Origin: Trueperaceae bacterium | Lineage (GTDB): Bacteria > Deinococcota > Deinococci > Deinococcales > Trueperaceae | DNA: 64,000 nucleotides | Direction: 5' to 3' | Assembly: GCA_965213925.1 (NCBI GenBank) | Contig: OZ243927.1 | Span: forward strand, 3,584,001-3,648,000 | In this document: positions 38,005 to 47,425 of the stretch, in pieces | How positions within the stretch are numbered: the stretch's first letter is position 1 | Layout: each line of letters starts with the position of its first letter | Notes under the pieces: model-generated | Database searches by the model: none | Seen by the model: only the letters and a program-made list of their open reading frames with translations | Told to the model about the DNA's origin: nothing | Program-made: the position numbers and the translations under genes

Positions 38005-39414
38005 ATGCCCAAAGAACTCTTGCTTCCCGAACTCGCCGAGTCTGTCGTCGAGGGTGAAATCGTCAAATGGCTCATTGCGGAGGGGGAAAGCGTTGAAGAG
38101 GACCAGCCCGTCGTCGAGGTGATGACGGATAAGGTCACGGTTGAATTGCCGAGCCCGTACGCAGGCACGCTCCAGAAGCAACTCGTCAAAGAGGGCGACG
38201 TGGTGGCGGTGCACGACCCTATCGCACTGTTCGGAGATGACGCCGAAGGCGAACAAGAGGACGTGCCTACCCAAAATGGCGAAGCCGAGAGCGGCGAGAA
38301 TGTGCAGGCGCAAGAGGAACGCTCCATCGTCGAGCCGGGTAGCGATAAGGAAGAGGACGACGGCGATAGCCTGAGCCTCTTCAAAGCCTCTGCGGACGAC
38401 GACACGACGCCGACCTACCAGGTCAAACGCAAAGGTCAAGCTGAAGATAAAGCGCAGACTAATGGCGAGGTGCAAGCGACTGGACCCTACGGGCGCGTTT
38501 TAGCCGTGCCAGCCGCGCGGAAGTTAGCAAGGGAGCTAGAGCTCGACCTCTCAGACGTTTCTGGCAGCGGTCCGAACGGGCGCATCCGCGTAGATGACGT
38601 GAAAGCGCACGCTGAAACGCAGACGCAAGAGGAGCCGAAACGCGCCCCGCAGCCTTCCAGCGCACCGCAACGAGAGCGCATCTCCTACAAAACGCCGCAG
38701 GGCTACGAAGACTTAGAAGAGCGCGTCCCCGTACGTGGGCTGCGCCGCGCGATTTCCAACCAAATGGTCGCCTCGCACCTGCAAAGCGTGCGCACGCTCC
38801 ACGTGGACGAAGCCGACGTCACCGAACTCAGCGCGATGCGCGAACGTCTCAAACCGCTAGCCGCGAAGCGTGACGCGAAGGTCTCGTATCTGCCTTTTAT
38901 TATGAAAGCGACCGTTGCGGCGCTCAAGAAGTTTCCGGTACTTAACTCGAGCCTCGACGAAGATAAGAGCGAAATTGTCACCAAGTACTACTACAACTTA
39001 GGCATGGCGGTTGCCACGGATGTAGGCTTAGTCGTTCCCGTTATTAAAGATGTAGACCGCAAGAGCATCTTGGAGCTCGCTGGAGACATTCGCGGTCTAG
39101 CAACCAAAGCGCGTGAGGGCAAACTTGCGCCAGATGAGGTCAAAGGGGGCACCTTTAGCATCACCAACATCGGCACCTTGGGCGGGCTCTTTAGCTTCCC
39201 CATCATCAACGTGCCCGAAGCGGCGATTCTAGGCGTTCACAGCATTAAAAAGCGTCCGGTCGTTTTAGAAGACGACTCCATCGTGGCGCGGCAGATGATC
39301 TACCTCAGCATGTCCTTCGACCACCGCGTCGTGGACGGGGCGGAAGCGGCAATGTTCACGAGCTACTTGATCGAGCTTTTGGAGACGCCAGAGGGATTGC
39401 TGCTCGAGGGGTGA
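38005..39414 (+). CDS. Dihydrolipoamide acyltransferase E2
   Basis: Lipoyl domain MTDKV, E3-binding PAARKLARE..GSGPNGRI, catalytic DHRVVDG. Confidence 0.95.
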   Translation: MPKELLLPELAESVVEGEIVKWLIAEGESVEEDQPVVEVMTDKVTVELPSPYAGTLQKQLVKEGDVVAVHDPIALFGDDAEGEQEDVPTQNGEAESGENVQAQEERSIVEPGSDKEEDDGDSLSLFKASADDDTTPTYQVKRKGQAEDKAQTNGEVQATGPYGRVLAVPAARKLARELELDLSDVSGSGPNGRIRVDDVKAHAETQTQEEPKRAPQPSSAPQRERISYKTPQGYEDLEERVPVRGLRRAISNQMVASHLQSVRTLHVDEADVTELSAMRERLKPLAAKRDAKVSYLPFIMKATVAALKKFPVLNSSLDEDKSEIVTKYYYNLGMAVATDVGLVVPVIKDVDRKSILELAGDIRGLATKAREGKLAPDEVKGGTFSITNIGTLGGLFSFPIINVPEAAILGVHSIKKRPVVLEDDSIVARQMIYLSMSFDHRVVDGAEAAMFTSYLIELLETPEGLLLEG

Positions 39415-39421
39415 CGTTTAC

Positions 39422-39449
39422 AGGGCGTTTTCCTTCTAAAAAACGCCCT
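39422..39449. terminator. Hairpin between convergent transcription units
   Basis: AGGGCGTTTT-N8-AAAACGCCCT. Confidence 0.6.
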
Positions 39450-39515
39450 TCATCCAGGTAATCGTTGAGAGTCAGTAAATTCTAAAAATAGGTTGCAGGG
39501 TGGTCTGTGCACCCG

Positions 39516-39617
39516 CTAATCGTCCTTTTGGCAAACCCAGCTTACGAGGGACCAACCCACACCGAAGAGCCCGAGCCCCAAGGAGCCTGCCCAAGGGTAG
39601 TGTAACCCCTCGAGCAT
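39516..39617 (-). CDS. Putative 33-aa membrane microprotein MLEGLHYPWAGSLGLGLFGVGWSLVSWVCQKDD
   Basis: ATG overlaps the upstream stop (TGATG) right after GAGGAG; one hydrophobic segment. Confidence 0.55.
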   Translation of the reverse strand: MLEGLHYPWAGSLGLGLFGVGWSLVSWVCQKDD

Positions 39618-39730
39618 CACTCCTCATCGCGCTCGGTGAAAATCTGAATCAGTACCACCGGCCATACCAGCGCGATGAGGTAAAACGCGGCGTGTTGTAA
39701 CCAGGGGTATTGGGTAATCCATTCCTGCAT
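39617..39730 (-). CDS. Putative 37-aa membrane microprotein MQEWITQYPWLQHAAFYLIALVWPVVLIQIFTERDEE
   Basis: AGGAGG 6 nt before the ATG; one TM-like segment; acidic tail. Confidence 0.65.
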   Translation of the reverse strand: MQEWITQYPWLQHAAFYLIALVWPVVLIQIFTERDEE

Positions 39731-39896
39731 CGTTAACCTCCTGATGTGAATCATGCCCAAGACCTTCTGAGCGCGACCTGAAAAACCTCACAGCAGTTTT
39801 CTGGTAGTGTGCAAAAGTGACATAGTTGGGTCTTTGTTCAGTTTTTTATCCTGCACCTTTCCGAGGCAAGTACAAAGAAAGGACGGTGAATAGGCG

Positions 39897-40517
39897 ATGA
39901 ATATTCTTCTCTTTGGCTCTACAGGCAGAGTGGGTAAAGCTGTCACCGAGAAAAGTCTCAGGGCGGGTCATCACGTCGTAGCTTTTGGACGAAGTAGAAA
40001 AAGAATGCCCTTCGAGCACGAACATTTAGCGTTTGTTGAGGGTGACATTTACAGCGAGGCAAGTCTGTCGGCGCTGAGCAAGCAAGACTTCGGCGTAGTG
40101 GTCAACGTCATCGGGGCTGACCCCCTAAAACCGTCCACTCTCTTCACGGATACGACAAAAGCCATCATCGCCTTGCAGTCCAAAAAGTCTTTCGAGAGGT
40201 ATTTCGCTATCACTGGCACGGCGCAAATGGAAAAGACGCGTTTTGGCAAGCTCAGCGCAGCGATTTTGAAACGTACTCCTGTACGGCACGGCGTCAAAGA
40301 TCACCAAGACGCCTACGAACCCGTGACCCGTTCTAACCTCAGTTGGACGCTCGTCGGCTGCCCGTATATCCGAGATGGGGAGGAGCAGGGGCGCTATAAA
40401 ACCGCCCGAGTCTTCCCTGGCGGCTTCAAAACAGTGCACCCTCCAGACGTTGCGAGCGAAATCGTCAAGCAAATGGGTGAAGAAAATGAAGATGAAATTA
40501 TCGGTGTTTGGTATTGA
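39897..40517 (+). CDS. NAD(P)H-binding atypical SDR (flavin/biliverdin reductase-like)
   Basis: FGSTGRVG, GH.V.A.GR, S.L.WT.V motifs. Confidence 0.82.
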   Translation: MNILLFGSTGRVGKAVTEKSLRAGHHVVAFGRSRKRMPFEHEHLAFVEGDIYSEASLSALSKQDFGVVVNVIGADPLKPSTLFTDTTKAIIALQSKKSFERYFAITGTAQMEKTRFGKLSAAILKRTPVRHGVKDHQDAYEPVTRSNLSWTLVGCPYIRDGEEQGRYKTARVFPGGFKTVHPPDVASEIVKQMGEENEDEIIGVWY

Positions 40518-40705
40518 CTGAAACGTCAGCACTGGCTCGGGAACTCGAGCACACGCAGTAAGTTTGAGTTATATCTGAAAGTGGGCGTGGTGAGATGCGT
40601 GGCGAGCATGTCTCGAGAAAAGAGGTCGGGTAGCGTAATCCTCCGCTGAGAAAATAATTCCAAAGGACGCTTTTTTGGGCTTAGCAGCGGTATAATCAAG
40701 CTCGC

Positions 40706-42490
40706 ATGACCGCAGACGACCTTCCTGTACTCCCTACGCAACCTGGCTGTTATCTCTACCACTCCCCTGAGGGAGAGGTCATCTACGTCGGCAAAGCTGT
40801 CAACTTGCGCAGCCGCGTAAGGAGTTACTTCAATCAGGCAGCCGAGAAAAAAGCGCGGCTTATCCGTGAGGGAGCGCAGCGCTTAGAATTCATCGTTACC
40901 AAGAGCGAAGTCGAGGCGCTCATCCTAGAAGCGAACCTCATTAAACGCTACAAGCCGCACTTCAACGTGCTCTTAAAAGACGACAAGAGCTATCCCTTTT
41001 TGAAGCTCACCAACGAAGCATACCCGATGCTTATGTTTACCCGGCGCGTCTTCAAGGACGGCGCGACCTACTTCGGGCCCTACCCTAATCCCGGCTCGGT
41101 GCGGCGCGTGCAAGACCTCGTGGCGTCGGTCTTTCCCCTACGGCAGAACAGCGGCTACCCGATGAAGCGGCGCAAAAAGCCCTGTTTGCGCTTTCACATG
41201 GGACGCTGCTTAGCGCCCTGTATTGGCGAGGTGACACCCGAAGAGTACGCCAAAGTCGTCAAACAGGTCAAGACGTTTCTGGAGGGTAACGTCGCTGAGA
41301 CCGCCGAGCAGCTCAAAACGGAGATGCGTGAAGCGGCGCAGCGGCAGGACTTCGAGTTAGCCAAAATCTACCGCGACCGCATCCAAGCGCTTCAGCGGCT
41401 GACGGGTTACGACTCGGACGTGGCGCGGGCGACCGACGACGATTTGGACTTCTTGGGGCTAACCCAAGCGGGCAACTACGCGATGGTGCAGCTTTTCCAG
41501 ATGCGGCGCGGGCGCGTCGTCGGGCGAGACAAGAGGTTCTTAACCAACGCGGACAACGCGACCCCGGCTGAAATCTTAGAGCGGTTTATGGCGGACTACT
41601 ACGCGCAAGCGATGCAGGTGCCGCCCCTTATTCTCATTCCCAACGAAATCGACATGGACATCTGGCAGACCTTTTTGAGCGAACGAGCCGGTAAAAGGGT
41701 GGAGCTGCGCCTGCCCCGACGTGGCGACAAGTTGGAACTCATGGCGATGGCGGAACGCAACGCGGTAACGGGGTTGGAGGCTGAGTTGGCGCTCTTGGAG
41801 AAACGCGGCGAAGCCCCCGGCGTCAAGGAGTTGCAGCAGCTTGCCGAGTTGGAGAACCCGCCCTACCGCATCGAAGGCTACGACATCTCGAACCTGATGG
41901 GGACGCACACAACAGCTTCCATCGTCGTGTTTGAAGGCGGGCGTTCGCGCAAGAGTGAATACCGGAAGATGCGCATTACAGGTTTGGAGCAGCCCGACGA
42001 CTTCTACTCGATGCATCAGGTGATCTACCGCCGCTTCACGGGCTCACTAGCGGACAAGATGCCCACGCCCGACCTCTTGCTGATTGACGGCGGCAAAGGG
42101 CAGCTCTCCTCGGCACGGCGGGCGCTCAACGAGGCGGGCATCGACATCCCGATGCTCGGGCTTGCCAAGAAGCAAGAGACGATTATTCGCGAGGGCGCGG
42201 GTCCTATCCTCGTGCCCGAAACGCACCCCGCTTTGCGTATGCTCATCAACATCCGCGACGAAGCGCACCGCACCGCGGTCGGGTACAACCGCAAGCAGCG
42301 CGGCGCGGCGATGACCAAAAGCATCTTAGACGACGTGCCGGGCATCGGTCCCAAGCGCAGAGACGCGCTCTTGGCGCACTTCTCGAGCGTTGACCAACTC
42401 AAAAGCGCCGACGTTGAAGAATTGGCGAATATTCCCGGCGTCGGGCGCAACGCAGCGGAGGCGGTTAAAGACTTTTTCGCCCCCCGCTAA
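40706..42490 (+). CDS. uvrC: Excinuclease ABC subunit C
   Basis: GIY-YIG (PGCY..IYVGKAVNLRSRV), UVR domain, RIEGYDIS, LIDGGKGQ, RDEAH, C-terminal HhH. Confidence 0.97.
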   Translation: MTADDLPVLPTQPGCYLYHSPEGEVIYVGKAVNLRSRVRSYFNQAAEKKARLIREGAQRLEFIVTKSEVEALILEANLIKRYKPHFNVLLKDDKSYPFLKLTNEAYPMLMFTRRVFKDGATYFGPYPNPGSVRRVQDLVASVFPLRQNSGYPMKRRKKPCLRFHMGRCLAPCIGEVTPEEYAKVVKQVKTFLEGNVAETAEQLKTEMREAAQRQDFELAKIYRDRIQALQRLTGYDSDVARATDDDLDFLGLTQAGNYAMVQLFQMRRGRVVGRDKRFLTNADNATPAEILERFMADYYAQAMQVPPLILIPNEIDMDIWQTFLSERAGKRVELRLPRRGDKLELMAMAERNAVTGLEAELALLEKRGEAPGVKELQQLAELENPPYRIEGYDISNLMGTHTTASIVVFEGGRSRKSEYRKMRITGLEQPDDFYSMHQVIYRRFTGSLADKMPTPDLLLIDGGKGQLSSARRALNEAGIDIPMLGLAKKQETIIREGAGPILVPETHPALRMLINIRDEAHRTAVGYNRKQRGAAMTKSILDDVPGIGPKRRDALLAHFSSVDQLKSADVEELANIPGVGRNAAEAVKDFFAPR

Positions 42491-42520
42491 TCTCTCGGTA
42501 ACTGCTACAATGGCTTTACT

Positions 42521-42730
42521 ATGAGTGATACAACCTTAGAATATATCTCCGACGAGGCGGGCAACCTCAAGAGTGTCATCGTCCCCATTGAGGTGTGGAA
42601 CGAGATTGCCTCAGAGCTAGAAACCCGCTATCTATTGCAGAGTGAAACAATGAAACGCCGCCTTTTAGAGGCTAAAGGACGACAAGAAGGTTTATCCTTA
42701 GAGGAAACGCTTGAAAAGCTTGGAGTTTGA
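42521..42730 (+). CDS. Type II antitoxin (YefM-like C-terminus)
   Basis: ET.YLL.S....RL.EA motif; overlaps the toxin gene. Confidence 0.75.
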   Translation: MSDTTLEYISDEAGNLKSVIVPIEVWNEIASELETRYLLQSETMKRRLLEAKGRQEGLSLEETLEKLGV

Positions 42731-42965
42731 CGCTGCAGCCTTTGAAAATTTGGCTTGGTGGATTAAACAGGACCGTAAAACAGCTTTACGGGTAGTCAAA
42801 CTTATTGAAGTTCAGCGCGACCCCTTCAAAGGCTTAGGCAAGCCCGAACCGCTCAAGTACGACCTGGCGGGCTGCTGGTCAAGGCGAATCGACAAGGAGC
42901 ACAGACTCGTCTATGAAGTGCAAGAGACAAAAATTCGTATTTTAGCCCGTCGCTATCACTACTGA
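42711..42965 (+). CDS. yoeB: Txe/YoeB family toxin
   Basis: RDPF.G.GKPEPLK..L.G.WSRRI..EHRLVY, terminal RYHY. Confidence 0.92.
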   Translation: MKSLEFDAAAFENLAWWIKQDRKTALRVVKLIEVQRDPFKGLGKPEPLKYDLAGCWSRRIDKEHRLVYEVQETKIRILARRYHY

Positions 42966-42974
42966 TTTTGCAGA

Positions 42975-44855
42975 TTACTCCGGCAACGATGCGTAAACCT
43001 TTGTCCCTTGATTCGGGCTCGAGACCACCTCAAACTCCCCGCCCCGCGCCAAGATACGCTCGCGCATCTGCCTGAGCCCCAAACCGCCTGCGCTCGTCAC
43101 CCGGTCGGAAACGTCCGCAAGGTCGAAGCCGCGTCCGTCGTCTTTAATCTCGATGTAGCCGCAACTGTCGCACGTCCTGCCGAGCGTGACCCACATGTGC
43201 CGCGCTCCGGCGTGTTTGGCGACGTTATTGAGCGATTCCTGAAAGATGCGAAAGAGCACCGCCTCGCTCTTCAAGGTGAGGCGCGGGGTGCTCTCCACAT
43301 GGAGTGACACGTGCACGTCATTCTGCTGGTGATAGTCCAGGCAGTAACGGCGGATGGTCTCGACGAAGCCGTGGCGTTCCAAGTCAATCGGGCGCAGCGC
43401 AAAGATCGAGCGGCGCACCTCTTTGATGGTCTCGCGGATAGTTTTTTTGGCGTTGGAGAGTTCGTCTAGTGCTTTGCCTGTGTTTCGCTCATCTTGGGTG
43501 ACGAGCCTCGAGACCAAATCCAACTTGAGCGCGCTGAACGCTAAAGACTGCGCGACGCCGTCGTGAATCTCGCGGGCGATGCGCGCCCGCTCCTCGGCGA
43601 TGGCGAGTTCTTCGGACTGCAAGTACGCCCGCGCGTTGCGAACGGCTAAACTGACCTGACCTGCCAAGAGGTTCAAAAAGGGTAAATTCGCCTCGCCAAA
43701 GTGGTTCGGCTTAGCGTGCGCCAACACGACGCTGCCCAAAAGTTCTTCCTCTGTGCGTAGGGGCAAGCTGATGGCGCTGCCCGCCCTCGCCAACACGGGG
43801 TCGGTTTGCGCCTCGCCTAAACAGCCCGCCACGCGCGGCTCCGCCTCCGCCGCCGCCTGACCGATAAAGCCTTCGCCTAAGCGCAACGAGGAAGGCGTCA
43901 CTGCACCCTCTAACCCCTGCCACGCCCTGAGTTGTAAACGCCCTCCGTCCGTCGCGCCCTCAGTCCTGCCGTCCGCAGGGTCATCGAAGAGGTAGACGCC
44001 GCCCATCTGCGCGTCCGCCCGGACCATAATCTGCGTGAGGAGCGTTTCCAAAAGGCGCTCTAAGTTGCCCTCGGCGCGGATGCTCTGGTCCACCTCGACC
44101 AAGGTCAAGAGGTCTTTGGTGCGGCTGCGCGTCGCTTCGGTGGCGGCGGAGAACTCGCTGGATAAGATGCTAAAACTCTCGCGCTGCTCGGGGCTGGGTG
44201 GCTGCTTATAGTAAGCGTGAACGCTGCCGCCGAACTTCCCGCCCCAGACGAGCGGCGCGGACAAGACCCGGTAAGTCTGCGCGTCTGCCTGGACCTGTTC
44301 GGGAAGCCTTTCGCCGCGCCGACTTATCCGGTTACGCGCCGCCGCGTTTTTCTCCAGAGCAGGGCTGAGTTCGAAGCCTCTCGTCACGCCTAAGCTACCC
44401 GAAGCGATGAGGATGGCGGTCGCCTCCGCGTTCGTTACCTCGGCGATGCCCTCGCTCGCCGCCGAGAGCACCGCGTCTAAGTCCGTCGCTGAGGCGAAAC
44501 GCTCGGTCACGGTCTGGATCGTGCTGAGGAGCGTGTGAGAGCGCTGCAGTTCGTGATAGAGGCGCGTCAGCTCGGTTTGCGCCCGCTCGCGCTCCCTCAC
44601 CTCCGAAGCGATCCAGGTGAGCGTGAGGTACGTCGCGAGGGGTCCGACGATGCTGTAGAAGAGAATCTCCGACCAGAACTGCCAGCGCTGACCCCCTTGC
44701 GGCACGACGAAAAGTTGATAGACGAGCACCACGCCCACGATGGCGACGGGCAGCCACACGCGCGCGAACTTGATCTGCTGGTGGAGGCTCCCCTCCAAGC
44801 GGCGCGGCGAGACCTCCCGCTCTCCTTCGGGGCGCTCCAGGGGCTTCGTCGTCAC
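42975..44855 (-). CDS. TM-GAF-GAF sensor histidine kinase (HisKA_3/NarX class)
   Basis: EERARIAREIHDGVAQ, FRIFQESLNNVAKHA, DDGRGF, GLGL..MRER. Confidence 0.92.
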   Translation of the reverse strand: MTTKPLERPEGEREVSPRRLEGSLHQQIKFARVWLPVAIVGVVLVYQLFVVPQGGQRWQFWSEILFYSIVGPLATYLTLTWIASEVRERERAQTELTRLYHELQRSHTLLSTIQTVTERFASATDLDAVLSAASEGIAEVTNAEATAILIASGSLGVTRGFELSPALEKNAAARNRISRRGERLPEQVQADAQTYRVLSAPLVWGGKFGGSVHAYYKQPPSPEQRESFSILSSEFSAATEATRSRTKDLLTLVEVDQSIRAEGNLERLLETLLTQIMVRADAQMGGVYLFDDPADGRTEGATDGGRLQLRAWQGLEGAVTPSSLRLGEGFIGQAAAEAEPRVAGCLGEAQTDPVLARAGSAISLPLRTEEELLGSVVLAHAKPNHFGEANLPFLNLLAGQVSLAVRNARAYLQSEELAIAEERARIAREIHDGVAQSLAFSALKLDLVSRLVTQDERNTGKALDELSNAKKTIRETIKEVRRSIFALRPIDLERHGFVETIRRYCLDYHQQNDVHVSLHVESTPRLTLKSEAVLFRIFQESLNNVAKHAGARHMWVTLGRTCDSCGYIEIKDDGRGFDLADVSDRVTSAGGLGLRQMRERILARGGEFEVVSSPNQGTKVYASLPE

Positions 44856-44858
44856 AAC

Positions 44859-45158
44859 TTACTTGCTCCCGCCTATTTTCCCTTTAGCGTTTTCTCTAGC
44901 GGCGTTTTTAGGTCTAAATTCGCTCATGATAAAGGGATAAAAGGGAATATAGACCGCTAACATGATGAGCAGTTGCACCCAGAAGTTCTGCGTGACCGAT
45001 AGTCCTGCAAGTTCTAATACCATCACGACGAGCGCGACCAACAGGGCGAAAACCAGTGACTTGAGGAACAGGCGGAAGAGCTTACCCGCCGTGACGCGGC
45101 GCGCCTCTTTCGACTCCGCTTGCGCCGCCTTGCGCTGTTTTCTCGAGCGTTTAGCCAT
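44859..45158 (-). CDS. Hypothetical 2-TM protein
   Basis: Basic N-terminus, two hydrophobic segments; TATAAT 6 nt before the ATG; 3 bp from the kinase gene. Confidence 0.7.
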   Translation of the reverse strand: MAKRSRKQRKAAQAESKEARRVTAGKLFRLFLKSLVFALLVALVVMVLELAGLSVTQNFWVQLLIMLAVYIPFYPFIMSEFRPKNAARENAKGKIGGSK

Positions 45159-45343
45159 ACCCTCATTATACAGTTTGCGGCGCTCGAGGGTCTTTTGAGG
45201 GTTTACAGATGAGCCTGAAAGAAATGTGTGATTTACCTATCTATGTAGATGTAGATTTTTAACGTGAAGAGAGGTGTTTTACATCGTCTGTGACGTGCTT
45301 TCTAGTAAGAATCTTGTCAGAAGTGTGAGACTACTATAGGGTC

Positions 45344-46930
45344 ATGCGAACGAGCATACGATACCTACTCAGTACAGTCGGCCTCGTTGCACTCCTCGGG
45401 GGGTGCGTGACTCAAAATGAACCTCTAGCTAACAGCGCGATTCCAGCGCCGCTGAAACCCGCTTTACAAGGTCCTTCGCCTTTAGCCATCCTCTCTGACG
45501 CCTTAGAAAAGGAGGGTTACTCTCTTGACTGGTCACGCGCCGAAAGCGGTGAGCAGGACGGACTGACCGCGACGACCCTCCCACTCTCTGAAGTCATGGG
45601 TCAAGTCATCATTGGCGAACAGGGTGGCGATGTTGTTTACGCGCAGCTTTCACTTTTTCAAAAGGATGGTCAGCCGCTCGAGGACTGGGCAGTCTGTCAC
45701 CGTCCTCCCGGCAATCCTGCGAATGCTCACACCATTTACGTGGGTTATCCGGCAGTAAGTACACACCTTTCAAAGCACGGTGACTCGCTCGGATTCTGCG
45801 GAGACGATGCAATTAACGCCGACACAAGCTCAATTTACGTTGTTCTTACCGCTGGCAACCCTCCGCTAACGGGGAAAGTGACCTATGACGTTCAGGGCAA
45901 TCCTATCGTCGGAGAGGCTGGGGAATCTATTGGTACAAACTCTTTAGAAGCGCTTACCTCAGTCAAACCTTTACCGCCAGTTGAAGAGATAGACACGGGT
46001 CTCGAGGAATTCGCCGATTTTCTGCGTGAAACGCTAGGCGATGAAGCTGATCCCTTCTTAGAAAAGATTCCAGCAAGTATGGGCGGCACAGGACCGGAGC
46101 TTGATTCCACGTTGTTGCCTAATTTTTCATCGGATGTAATTCTTAGACCCCAAGGACCAACAGGACCATGCGGGCAGTATGGCGAGGAATGTAAGGAGGA
46201 AGAGGACCCGCCTAGTGAGGGCAATCCTGGAGGGGATGGCAGCGAAGGGGAGGAAGAAGAAGAGGAAGAAGAAGAAGAGGAAGAAGAAGAAGAAGGCTCA
46301 CCATCAAGTGGACCTTCCTACGATACCGCAGAACTCGACCGACTAGAGACGAATGTCGAAAAAGCAGAATCTGACCGTGACGCATTCCAGCGCGAGCTAG
46401 ATACACTGAAAGGTGCAATAGATGAGGAGTTGAAGAAAGCCGACGAAAAACTTGCCGAGCTAGACGATGTAGTCGGCGGCAACCGACACGAGAATGACAC
46501 GAGTCTTGCCGAGAGAGAAAAAGAGATTGAGAAGTTGGGCGAAGAACTTGAGCGAGCAAATAGCTCAATACGGAATAATGCTTCAATAACTGTAGGTACT
46601 GCTGTTGGAACCGCATTAAGTTGTACGAGGAGCCCCGCAGCGTGTGAAGCTGGAATTTTAGTTACTACAGGTAGCGCAGGGGCAACTCTTGATGCTATGG
46701 AGGAGAAAGCTGAGATACAGAGTGAAAGGAATGCTTTAGTTAGTGAGCAAGAAACAGCAATGTTAGAAGGGGAAACTGCTTCCCTAGCTGCAAAAGTTCA
46801 CCTCCTAAACGTTCGAGACCTGGAAGAGAAAGTTGAGGAAGTAGAACCCAAGCTAGAGGAGGCGCAAGCTCAGCTCAATGAAGCCGTGGATGAACTGAAT
46901 GGTTTTAAGAGACGAAATGATATCGACTAG
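45344..46930 (+). CDS. Lipoprotein with a CHxPPGN module, poly-Glu tract and coiled coil with a hydrophobic hairpin
   Basis: Lipobox LGGC; VCHRPPGNPANAHTI..HLSKHGDSLGFC; 15 consecutive Glu; heptad-like C-terminal half; TACTAT 6 nt before the ATG. Confidence 0.8.
   Translation: MRTSIRYLLSTVGLVALLGGCVTQNEPLANSAIPAPLKPALQGPSPLAILSDALEKEGYSLDWSRAESGEQDGLTATTLPLSEVMGQVIIGEQGGDVVYAQLSLFQKDGQPLEDWAVCHRPPGNPANAHTIYVGYPAVSTHLSKHGDSLGFCGDDAINADTSSIYVVLTAGNPPLTGKVTYDVQGNPIVGEAGESIGTNSLEALTSVKPLPPVEEIDTGLEEFADFLRETLGDEADPFLEKIPASMGGTGPELDSTLLPNFSSDVILRPQGPTGPCGQYGEECKEEEDPPSEGNPGGDGSEGEEEEEEEEEEEEEEEGSPSSGPSYDTAELDRLETNVEKAESDRDAFQRELDTLKGAIDEELKKADEKLAELDDVVGGNRHENDTSLAEREKEIEKLGEELERANSSIRNNASITVGTAVGTALSCTRSPAACEAGILVTTGSAGATLDAMEEKAEIQSERNALVSEQETAMLEGETASLAAKVHLLNVRDLEEKVEEVEPKLEEAQAQLNEAVDELNGFKRRNDID
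46250..46294 (+). repeat. (GAR)15 trinucleotide tract encoding poly-Glu
   Basis: gag/gaa codon run read directly from the sequence. Confidence 0.9.
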
Positions 46931-46945
46931 TGAATCACTTTCAGG

Positions 46946-46973
46946 ACCTGCTCTAATTTTAGAGCAGGTTTTT
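46946..46973 (+). terminator. Intrinsic terminator
   Basis: ACCTGCTCTA-attt-TAGAGCAGGT-TTTT. Confidence 0.75.
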
Positions 46974-47002
46974 CACCTTATAGTAAAGGGGAATGTGTAG
47001 TT

Positions 47003-47425
47003 ATGCCTTTGTGGATTGTGATTGTAATTATACTAGCGCTACTTTCACTCTTGAGTTATGGAAAGCTAGCTGCCGCATTGTTCCTTCACTTAGCGCTATT
47101 TGTTTTTAGGATTCAGACAGAGCTGTGGGATGAATATCCTACAGTAGGAGAGCCCTACGGCATACCTCGCACAATAGTTCAGCTAACTTTAATTATCTTC
47201 ATTCTTCTTTTCGAATTCACTCCTCTTAAAATTGTGATTCGAAAAAAACTAAAACTCGTTATCGGACTATTTCTGTTAGGAATTTCCCTCTACTGGGTCG
47301 GGAAACCTTATATTGTCGCTTTAGATGTTTACGCCTATACTCCTGTCACGCTGGCGCTGATAGCAGGCTTACCGCTACTTGGCGCAGTGATTTTGAGTAG
47401 AAAGAAACAAAGAGGAGAAAGATGA
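47003..47425 (+). CDS. Hypothetical ~4-TM membrane protein
   Basis: Highly hydrophobic 140 aa; very AT-rich; ATGA overlap with the next gene. Confidence 0.72.
   Translation: MPLWIVIVIILALLSLLSYGKLAAALFLHLALFVFRIQTELWDEYPTVGEPYGIPRTIVQLTLIIFILLFEFTPLKIVIRKKLKLVIGLFLLGISLYWVGKPYIVALDVYAYTPVTLALIAGLPLLGAVILSRKKQRGER

Noticed and set aside
39415..39900. Expected E3 (lpdA) gene after E2
   Set aside because: Absent here, but E3 is commonly shared and encoded elsewhere, so this is not unusual
40518..40705. DdrO/RDRM radiation-response palindrome upstream of uvrC
   Set aside because: No TTAYG-N7-CRTAA-like palindrome seen; only a TATAAT box
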